A DNA stretch of 64,000 nucleotides from Candidatus Giovannonibacteria bacterium. Its GTDB lineage: Bacteria > Patescibacteriota > Minisyncoccia > UBA11713 > 2-01-FULL-45-33. Both the position numbers and the translations under genes were made by a program. Each line of letters opens with the position of its first letter. Positions within the stretch are counted from its first letter, which is position 1. The stretch spans positions 347,040 through 411,039 of the forward strand of contig CP066687.1 of the NCBI GenBank assembly GCA_016432405.1. The letters run 5' to 3'. The notes beneath the pieces were generated by a model, which saw only the letters and a program-made list of their open reading frames with translations, was not told the origin of the DNA and ran no database searches. Shown here in pieces: positions 56,820-64,000 of this stretch.

Positions 56820-58484
56820 ATGGATAAATATGCCAATGTTTTAGCGGTTTTGATGCTTGTAGCGATGTTCGGGCTGATGCTTGCTTCCAGTTGGAACGAT
56901 TCGGCGATTTTTGACGAGGTGGCGCATATCGGCGCGGGTTATACTTATCTTAAATATCTGGACGGGCGGTTAAATCCGGAGCACCCGCCGCTTCTCAAGA
57001 GCATGGCCGCTTTGCCGCTTTTGTTTTTATCCGCCAGTGGGCGGATTAAAGAAAATATCGCGGCGCAGCCATTTTGGACTATGGAGAATGTAAATGACCG
57101 CCAATGGGCCACGGGTAATTATCTTTTATATGAGGCGGGCAATGACGCGGACCGGATTCTTTTCTGGTCGCGCCTGCCGATGATTCTGCTTACGATATTG
57201 TTTGGCTGGATATTATTTTCTTGGGTAAAAAAGCGCTATGGCGCAGCGGTGGGGTTGCTTACTTTGTTTTTCTTCGCTGTCTCCCCCACTTTTTTGGCGC
57301 ATGGCCGATACGTAACAACAGACGTCGGCGCCGCGCTCGGATTTTTCCTGGGAATAATTTTCTTTTTGCGGTTTTTGGAACGGCAAGATTTAAAGTCAGC
57401 AACTTGGCTCGGTGTAGTGTTGGGGCTTGTCTTGCTTTTTAAATTCTCTTTAGTTTTATTACTCCCGATTTATTTAATAATTTTAATATTTAAAAATTGG
57501 AATTTGATTGAAAATTGGAAATTGAAAATTAGAAATTTAGCGTTAGCCACCATTATCGCGCTCGCTGTAATTTACGCCGCGTATATTCCGCAAATCTGGG
57601 GTTATCCGCATGACCAGCAGATGAAAGACGCGCGCTACATCCTTGCCGGCTATCAGTATCCCTCTTTGGCCAAGCTGGATTTTTGGCTGACCGAACAAAC
57701 GCTCACAAGGCCGCTTGGGCTTTACCTGCAAGGATTTTTGATGGTTGCGCGGCGCACCGCCGGTGGGAACACGGCCTATTTTATGGGTGAAATTTCATCA
57801 AAAGGATGGTGGTCCTATTTTCCGGTTCTGGCAATCACAAAAGAACAGCTGGGGTTTTATATTCTGGCGATAATTGCTTTATTTACGGCGATTAAGAATC
57901 GGGCTCGGCCGGATTTTAATTCGCTCGCGGCTATTATTTTTATAATTTTTTACTGGGCAAGCTCAATTTTAAATCCTCTTAACATCGGCGTACGGCATGT
58001 TCTGCCGACTTTCCCTTTTCTTTACTTTTTGGTTGCGAAAGGCTTAATTTCAGGACGTCCGACGTCCTATGGACGTCGGACGTCCATATATTTAATTAGC
58101 ACTTGGATGATTATAGAAACACTTTTTGCTTTCCCATATTATCTTTCTTACTACAACATTTTGGGCGGCGGCGAAGAAAACGGATATAAAATCGCAACCG
58201 ATTCAAACTACGACTGGGGGCAAGACCTAAAACGTTTGACGTTTTGGGTGAAAGAAAACAATCTAGATAAAATTTATCTTGATTATTTCGGAGGCGGCTC
58301 GCCTAAATATTATCTGGGCGATAAATTTGAGCCGTGGTGGCCAGCAAAGGGCGCACCTCCCCGGGAAAGCTATTTCGCGATCTCTATAAATAGTTTAGCC
58401 GGGTCGGAGAATTTATATCCTTGGCTGAAAAGTAAAAACCTCGCTGCGCGCGCCGGCAGTTCAATCTTAATCTACAGGTTTTAA
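56820..58484 (+). CDS. GT39/ArnT-family glycosyltransferase, paralog
   Basis: WNDSAIFDEVAHIGAGYTYL and more than 10 TM helices. It carries the 7-bp repeat (57492..57537) and the palindrome (58054..58085) at positions equivalent to those in its paralog. Confidence 0.65.
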   Translation: MDKYANVLAVLMLVAMFGLMLASSWNDSAIFDEVAHIGAGYTYLKYLDGRLNPEHPPLLKSMAALPLLFLSASGRIKENIAAQPFWTMENVNDRQWATGNYLLYEAGNDADRILFWSRLPMILLTILFGWILFSWVKKRYGAAVGLLTLFFFAVSPTFLAHGRYVTTDVGAALGFFLGIIFFLRFLERQDLKSATWLGVVLGLVLLFKFSLVLLLPIYLIILIFKNWNLIENWKLKIRNLALATIIALAVIYAAYIPQIWGYPHDQQMKDARYILAGYQYPSLAKLDFWLTEQTLTRPLGLYLQGFLMVARRTAGGNTAYFMGEISSKGWWSYFPVLAITKEQLGFYILAIIALFTAIKNRARPDFNSLAAIIFIIFYWASSILNPLNIGVRHVLPTFPFLYFLVAKGLISGRPTSYGRRTSIYLISTWMIIETLFAFPYYLSYYNILGGGEENGYKIATDSNYDWGQDLKRLTFWVKENNLDKIYLDYFGGGSPKYYLGDKFEPWWPAKGAPPRESYFAISINSLAGSENLYPWLKSKNLAARAGSSILIYRF

Positions 58485-59246
58485 TTTATAGAATGCCTTA
58501 TCTGGAAAGCGCATATCTACATATTCAAGCGCCTGGCGCCTCTCTCCGATTTTTTGTTCCAAAAGCAATTTAAGATCTCTCGCAGTTTTCTCCGGTGGAA
58601 GCTCTGCGGACGCCAAAATAAACCATCCTTCTTTTAAATAAATATCAATTTCGCCGAAGGAAACTCTTATCCTTTTCGGCATCACTGACATATTTTTAAG
58701 CGCGCTCGTAAAATACGTGAGGAAACCAGCTTCTTTCTCGCTTAAAATTCTATCCCCTATTTGAGCCGTGATTTTTTGGCCAAAGGAGAGCTCTGGCAGC
58801 GGACTTTCGCTGAAACGCGGAGTGCGATCTCCCAACTCGCCGGATTGCGTTATATAAAAACAGGTGTTTTCCGCCGGGCAAAAAATAAGCCACGGCAAAA
58901 TCTCCGGAAAATTTATGCTCAAACCGCGCGGAAATATTTTCTTAACCGCAGGCACGCCGAAATCTTTGTCTTTTAAAATATTTTCAATGCTCGCCGTATC
59001 CAGAAACCAAAAGCTGTTCTGCGGCAGAAAAATTTTATTTCGCGCCTCCAAATGAGATTTTATCGCGCCCCTTACGCTCTCTGCGTCCGGATAATTATAA
59101 ATTTTAATTTGAGTTACACGGAACAAGGGTATCCAAAAAAATCCCCACGAGGCGGCGAGCAGAGATAACAGAAAAAAGAAAGAAATTCCCCATCTCCTTG
59201 CTGCCGTTTTCCTCCTTTTCTGCCGATAATAATCCTGGAGGTTCAC
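58467..59246 (-). CDS. Membrane-anchored protein, possibly an FtsQ/DivIB-like (POTRA) division protein
   Basis: N-terminal TM helix followed by a POTRA-like beta-alpha segment. Weak. Confidence 0.35.
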   Translation of the reverse strand: MNLQDYYRQKRRKTAARRWGISFFFLLSLLAASWGFFWIPLFRVTQIKIYNYPDAESVRGAIKSHLEARNKIFLPQNSFWFLDTASIENILKDKDFGVPAVKKIFPRGLSINFPEILPWLIFCPAENTCFYITQSGELGDRTPRFSESPLPELSFGQKITAQIGDRILSEKEAGFLTYFTSALKNMSVMPKRIRVSFGEIDIYLKEGWFILASAELPPEKTARDLKLLLEQKIGERRQALEYVDMRFPDKAFYKLKPVD

Positions 59247-60469
59247 AAATATTTTTGCAGCGCAGCGGGGATTTTTATTTCACCGTCTGGTTCCTGATGG
59301 TTCTCCAGAAGCGCTTCCAAAATCCGCGGCGTAGCGATGGCGGTATTGTTTAATGAATGCACGAAATGAATTTTGCCGGAAGAATCCTTATATTTAATAT
59401 TTAACCGCCTTGTCTGAAAATCATGGAAATATGACGCCGAGTGCGTTTCGCGGTATCTTTTTTCTGATGGAATCCAGGCCTCAATATCGTATTTTTTGAC
59501 CTGCCCCAAGCCCAAATCGCCTCCGCAATTTATAACCACGCGGTAAGGAATTTCAAGTGCTTGCATAATCTCTTCAGAATTTTTAGTAAGCTCCTCATGC
59601 CACCTCACCGATTCCTGGTGGTCTGCGCGGCAAAGCACAACCTGCTCAACTTTAAAAAATTCGTGCACGCGGAAAAGGCCTTTCGCGTCTTTGCCGTAAC
59701 TGCCGGCCTCTCGCCGGAAACACGGTGAAAATGCGACGTATTTTTTCGGCAAATCCTCTTCTCTTAATATTTCGTCTGCATGATAGCCCATCATGGGAAC
59801 TTCGGCCGTACCGGAGAGATATAAATCGTCCTGCGTCTTATAAACGTCCTCTCCCTCCTCCGGCGTAGTCCCGCCAACCCACCCCGTGCCAATCAAATTT
59901 TCTCTTCTTACCAAAACCGGCGCTAAAAATGGCGTAAACTCTTTTTTAACCAGAACATCCAGAGTAAATTGCCAAAGCGCCATAGATAAAAGCGCCGCGT
60001 CGCCCTTCAAAAAATATCCGCGGAAGCCGGAAACTTTCGCTCCGCGCTCAAGGTCGAGCGCGTCGCGCAGCTGCATCAGGTTTAGATAATTTTTTCCGTG
60101 CTCAACTCTTATCTCTCCCCATTTGCGGATTTCTACATTTTCAGCGTCGGATTTCCCCTCCGGCACCGACGGGTCCGGGACATTTGGCACCAGTAGCATC
60201 AGCTCTTCAAACTCTTTTTCCACGGCGCCAAGTTCAAATTCTTTATGGGAGAGCTTGTCTTTTGAAATTTTTGCTTCTTCGGATGCCCCGGTAAATTTTT
60301 TATGTTCCTGCCTTAAATTATCTACCTCTTGAATCATCGCCCTCCTCTTTTCGTCAACCGCCAAAAGCCGGTCAACATCAACAATCACACGCTTCTTCCT
60401 TGCCGCTTCTTTTATTAAATCCTTATTTTCTCTGATAAATTTTATATCCAGCATAGATTCATTTTCCAT
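59243..60469 (-). CDS. serS: Seryl-tRNA synthetase
   Basis: N-terminal coiled-coil arm (MLDIKFIRENKDLIKE) and class II motifs. Confidence 0.9.
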   Translation of the reverse strand: MENESMLDIKFIRENKDLIKEAARKKRVIVDVDRLLAVDEKRRAMIQEVDNLRQEHKKFTGASEEAKISKDKLSHKEFELGAVEKEFEELMLLVPNVPDPSVPEGKSDAENVEIRKWGEIRVEHGKNYLNLMQLRDALDLERGAKVSGFRGYFLKGDAALLSMALWQFTLDVLVKKEFTPFLAPVLVRRENLIGTGWVGGTTPEEGEDVYKTQDDLYLSGTAEVPMMGYHADEILREEDLPKKYVAFSPCFRREAGSYGKDAKGLFRVHEFFKVEQVVLCRADHQESVRWHEELTKNSEEIMQALEIPYRVVINCGGDLGLGQVKKYDIEAWIPSEKRYRETHSASYFHDFQTRRLNIKYKDSSGKIHFVHSLNNTAIATPRILEALLENHQEPDGEIKIPAALQKYL

Positions 60470-60478
60470 AATTTCTGC

Positions 60479-60978
60479 TTATTTTACAAGATAATGCAAC
60501 TGAACAGTATCTTTATTGAGTTTTTTAATTTCAAGCAAGTCAAGTTCATACTCAAATTCCGAAGGAGCAACCACTTGAATACCTTTTCCAAATATCACCG
60601 GTTCAACATCTAAATATATTTCGTTTATAAGTTTTTCTTTCATAAAGGAGGCGTTAAGTGCGCCGCCGCCAGCCAGGAAAACGGTAGTAAAACCTTTTTC
60701 TTCCAACATCCGTAAGATTTCGTTTGGATTAGCATCAGTGATAATAACTTTATCTCCCCACTTATTCTCAATACTTTCGTGAGATACAACAACATTTAAT
60801 AAGTATTCTTCCCCATAACGATGTTCCCGGCTTTTTTGCTGTTTTCAAAAAAACCTTGCAAATCTTCCTGCGAAGTCCATTCAGAATTTCCGTCTTCCTT
60901 TGCTATATAACCATTGGGCGTAATGCCCATATAGAGTATTGTTTTCATTTTAGAATCATTGTTGATTGGCGCCGTCAC
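60479..60978 (-). pseudogene. Dihydrofolate-reductase-family / RibD-C-like reductase, frameshifted
   Basis: The N-terminal part (KTILYMGITPNGYIA…AGNIVMGKNTY*) and the C-terminal part (YLLNVVVSHESIENKWGDKVII…) lie in frames offset by one nucleotide within the ttatta stretch. Confidence 0.55.
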
Positions 60979-61044
60979 CGGGATTTGAACCCGGGTTACA
61001 CGGATGAGAACCGTGCGTCCTGAACCAAACTAGACGATGACGGC
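60967..61044 (-). tRNA. tRNA-Glu (anticodon CTC) with genomically encoded CCA
   Basis: Hand fold: acceptor gccgtca/tgacggc, 11-nt D-loop, anticodon stem cacgg/ccgtg, loop ttCTCat, T-arm ccggg-ttcaaat-cccgg, then g-CCA. Confidence 0.8.
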
Positions 61045-61059
61045 ATGCATGCTGGGAGC

Positions 61060-62343
61060 TTATTCTTTATTCTTCCAATATTTATCTTGTCTGGCAAGTA
61101 AATTTGCCGCTTCCTCTGGATTGGCCATAAGCTCTTCGGTCACGCGCTCCATCCTCATTGACTGCGACCCTTTAACCAAGACAAGGTCGCCTCCTTTTAT
61201 TATTTTTTTAAGATGCGCCGCGGCTTCGCGCGCTTCGGAAAAACTGGCGACTTGTTCTTTCTGCATGCCCTCTGCCAAGGACTCCTCGGCGGCAAAGCGC
61301 GACCGCGGCCCCACGGTCACAAAATAATCCGCGGTCTTCGCCACTTTCTCGCCCACCGCTTTGTGGGCCACAATGGTAAATTTGCCGATTTCCAGCATAT
61401 CGCCGAAGGCCACTATTTTTCTTGAGGCCTCCAATTCTTTTAAAGTATCCAGGGCGGCATGGGTTGCCAAAGGGGATGCGTTGTAAGAATCGTCCAAAAT
61501 CATGCTATTTTTAATTCCGGGAATCAGCCGCATTCTCCCCGGAAGCGGCTCGGCCAGGGAAAGCGCCTCGGAAATTTCAATAAGATTCATCTCGTGCGCG
61601 ATGCCTGCTGCTGCGGCGGCAAGGGCCGAATAAATATAATGTTTGCCGAAAACATTTTTTAATTTGACCGGCACCGAAGCGCCTTTATATTCCATTTTAA
61701 AAGAAATGCCTGCCCCGCCGATGGCGGGGCCCTCATCTGAAATTCTATAATTGGAGGCGGTCACATCCGCGCCCCTGCCCAAGCCGAAGCTTATCACCCG
61801 AGCTCCGGTTTTTGATTTCATATCCAAAACCGCCAAATCGTCAAAATTCAAAATAGCCCAGCCGGCCGCGGGGAGAATTTTTATCAGCTTTGATTTCTCA
61901 TGGGCGACTTCTTCCGGCCCGGAAAAAAATTCAACATGCACGGGCGGCTCCCCCATAGCCGTAACTATGCCGATGTCCGGCTTTACGATATTGAGCATCT
62001 TTTCAAAATCGCGCGGGCGGTCAACACCCATCTCCAGCACTAAAATTTCCGGGAAATTTTTGCTCAAAACTTCTTTAAAACCATAAAAAACATTTTTTAT
62101 CCATCCTAAAGGGCTCCGCCAGGCGGTTTTGAGCCCCAAGACGGCGAGCGCCAGGCCAAGTTCGCTGTTGTAACTTTTTAAGCTTTTTCTCACGCGGCCC
62201 TTTCTTTCCAGCACGGCTGCAACGGCCTCTTTCGTGGAAGATTTGCCCACGGAACCGGTAATGCCTATAATTTCCGGCTTATGCCGCTTTACGGCTATCT
62301 TCGCTTCCCAAACCAATATTTTTGTTAAAATTTTCTTAATCAT
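61060..62343 (-). CDS. murF: UDP-MurNAc-tripeptide--D-Ala-D-Ala ligase
   Basis: Mur ligase P-loop GITGSVGKSSTKE. Confidence 0.85.
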   Translation of the reverse strand: MIKKILTKILVWEAKIAVKRHKPEIIGITGSVGKSSTKEAVAAVLERKGRVRKSLKSYNSELGLALAVLGLKTAWRSPLGWIKNVFYGFKEVLSKNFPEILVLEMGVDRPRDFEKMLNIVKPDIGIVTAMGEPPVHVEFFSGPEEVAHEKSKLIKILPAAGWAILNFDDLAVLDMKSKTGARVISFGLGRGADVTASNYRISDEGPAIGGAGISFKMEYKGASVPVKLKNVFGKHYIYSALAAAAAGIAHEMNLIEISEALSLAEPLPGRMRLIPGIKNSMILDDSYNASPLATHAALDTLKELEASRKIVAFGDMLEIGKFTIVAHKAVGEKVAKTADYFVTVGPRSRFAAEESLAEGMQKEQVASFSEAREAAAHLKKIIKGGDLVLVKGSQSMRMERVTEELMANPEEAANLLARQDKYWKNKE

Positions 62344-64000
62344 CTGTCCGGAGGTATGGTATAGTAATTTATTAAAAACTCAATCAGAGACCTGAAGGTA
62401 TCGGTCATTGATTGAGAGGCATATTTCACGCCCTGCGGGCGTTCTAAAAACATAAGAATCAAAAATCTGGGATTGTAAGCCGGGAAGTAGCCGAAAAAAG
62501 AGTGCAGAAATTCGTCGGAGTACCCCTTGCCGCCGGCGTTGGGCATCTGGGCAGTTCCCGTTTTCGCGGCAATGGAATAATGCGGCATCTTGGCCCGCCC
62601 GCCGGCCAAAGACATGTCTACCACGTCAACAAGCATTTTTGTGATTGTCTCGGAAGTTTCTTTTTTTATAACCTGGCGCTTGAATTTTGGCCCGGCTCCG
62701 TCCTTCAAATATGGCTGCATAAGCTTGCCGCCGTTTGCGACAGCCGAGAGCGCCATTGCAAGCTCAAGCGGCGTCACGGCTATTCCCTGACCGAAAGCCG
62801 CCGTGGCAAACTCAATCTCACGGCCGGATTCCAGATTGCTCAAATCGCCTTTAAGCTCGCCCGGCAGGTCCACGCCGGTTTTTTCTGCGAGTCCGAACGC
62901 GTGAAAATATTCCTTTAACTTCTCGCCGCCGACCTTTTGCATCGCAAAAACCGCGCCGGTGTTCAACGATTCTTCCAAAACCTGCGTCATGGTGCGCTCG
63001 CCGTGGGCTTTGCCGTCAAAATTTCTAATAGTTCTGCCGTTTATGGTCACCTCGCCCTTATCAATATAGGTTGTTTTTGGCCCAACCGCGCCCTGGTCTA
63101 TTGCGGCAGACATGGTAAGCGGCTTAAACACCGACCCAAGCTCAAATATTTTTTCCGCGAAAGGGTTTAAAAAAACGCCGAGATCTTTTTCTTTTTGATA
63201 TTCGTTCGGATTAAAATTGGGGACTCCGGCAAGCGCCTTTATCTCGCCGCTTTTCGGGTCAATAATTAAAATTCCCCCGCTTTTCGCTTTCCATTTGGTT
63301 TTTAATTTTGCTAATTCCGCCTCGGCAACGCGCTGAAGCGATGGCTCAACAGTCAAAACGATGTCTTCCCCCTCCGCAGCGTCTACTTTGAGCTCTTCGG
63401 TAAGCGCGATAAAAAAACCATTGGCGTCCTGGTCGCCGGCAATACTGCCTCCTGCTCCCAGCAAAGCATCGTCATAATATTTTTCAACGCCGTATTTGCC
63501 GCTCGGCTCTTCATTTGAGTCCTCTGCGGAAACAAACCCTAACGCGTGGCTGCTCAAAGCGTCCCCGGTATAATACCGCCATCTTTCTTCCTCAATGCCG
63601 ACACCCGGCAGCTTGAGCGCGGAGATTTTCTCGGCCTCTTCCCATCCTATGCGGCGCTTCAAAATTTCATAAGGGTCGTTTGTCTTTTTTATTATTTTAT
63701 AAAACAATTCTTTGTCTATTGAGGTAATGGAGTCCAGTTTACTTAAGACGCCGTCGGGGTCATCCAGCAGTTTCATGTTTAAATAAATCGTCGCCCCGAT
63801 TTTCGTCGTGGCGGCTTTTACAAGTTCCCCATCCTTTGTTTTAAAATAAATATCCCCCCGTTCCGCGGCAAGCATGCGCTTGAATCCCTGCTGATTTTTC
63901 GCAAGCTCCAGATAATAAGAGTTCCGCACAATTTGAACAAAAAAAAGCCGCCCTGCAGCAGACGCCGATAAGGCGATAATCAAAAAAACCAGGAGAATCA
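62340..64000 (-). CDS. ftsI: Penicillin-binding protein transpeptidase (FtsI/PBP2-like), 5' end outside window
   Basis: SxxK (SVFK), SxN (SLN) and KTGT motifs. The frame is open to the window edge. Confidence 0.8.
   Translation of the reverse strand, partial: ILLVFLIIALSASAAGRLFFVQIVRNSYYLELAKNQQGFKRMLAAERGDIYFKTKDGELVKAATTKIGATIYLNMKLLDDPDGVLSKLDSITSIDKELFYKIIKKTNDPYEILKRRIGWEEAEKISALKLPGVGIEEERWRYYTGDALSSHALGFVSAEDSNEEPSGKYGVEKYYDDALLGAGGSIAGDQDANGFFIALTEELKVDAAEGEDIVLTVEPSLQRVAEAELAKLKTKWKAKSGGILIIDPKSGEIKALAGVPNFNPNEYQKEKDLGVFLNPFAEKIFELGSVFKPLTMSAAIDQGAVGPKTTYIDKGEVTINGRTIRNFDGKAHGERTMTQVLEESLNTGAVFAMQKVGGEKLKEYFHAFGLAEKTGVDLPGELKGDLSNLESGREIEFATAAFGQGIAVTPLELAMALSAVANGGKLMQPYLKDGAGPKFKRQVIKKETSETITKMLVDVVDMSLAGGRAKMPHYSIAAKTGTAQMPNAGGKGYSDEFLHSFFGYFPAYNPRFLILMFLERPQGVKYASQSMTDTFRSLIEFLINYYTIPPDR

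Overview
This 64-kb window looks like a small, AT-leaning, streamlined bacterial genome of the Candidate Phyla Radiation / Patescibacteria type; that assignment is inference from gene content only. It uses the standard code (TAA, TGA and TAG all terminate genes) and has strong GGAGG-type ribosome-binding sites. Supporting features include compact aminoacyl-tRNA synthetases, a short DnaX, a single unlinked 16S rRNA gene carrying a 630-bp insertion, and many peptidoglycan genes. Core genes: alaS (5' partial); infA-rpmJ-rpsM-rpsK-rpsD-rpoA-rplQ plus rplM-rpsI; CIRCE-hrcA-grpE-dnaK-dnaJ; a sensor histidine kinase; aspS; scpA-scpB; a D-Ala-D-Ala carboxypeptidase; mraY, an amidohydrolase, ftsW, murG; gltX; an M23 peptidase; rpmA, rplI, an S41 C-terminal protease; cysS, dnaB, recR, rplU, rmuC; GH1 and GH5-like glycosidases; def-fmt; a ROK-type kinase; dnaX; a VirD4/TraG-like ATPase; two GT39-family glycosyltransferase paralogs; serS, murF and a PBP transpeptidase (5' partial). 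RNA genes: one 16S rRNA (minus strand) and six tRNA genes (Lys-TTT, Ala-TGC, Gln-TTG, Glu-CTC with encoded CCA, and two Ile-GAT). The accessory content is unusual. (i) Three paralogous genes encode winged-helix plus Cas2-like-domain (PaaX-like) proteins, each bracketed by its own pair of imperfect 22-40-bp direct repeats that share an ACGAYCG core; one copy carries an in-frame amber codon. (ii) A complete tRNA-Ile(GAT) gene sits nested inside the anticodon of a second, split tRNA-Ile(GAT). (iii) A roughly 270-360-bp cassette with terminal inverted repeats, an outward sigma70-like promoter, a small ORF and a terminator occurs twice: once inside the 16S insertion (antisense to the rRNA) and once next to a Cas2-like gene. 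(iv) Two palindromic repeat families and a 7-bp-period microsatellite are inserted in-frame into unrelated coding sequences. (v) A standalone Cas4-like 4-Cys PD-(D/E)XK nuclease is present with no Cas1 and no CRISPR array. (vi) A compositionally distinct three-ORF islet lies between rpsI and hrcA. (vii) The 16S 3' tail lacks the canonical CCUCC anti-Shine-Dalgarno sequence. No CRISPR array, integrase or transposase gene was recognised.
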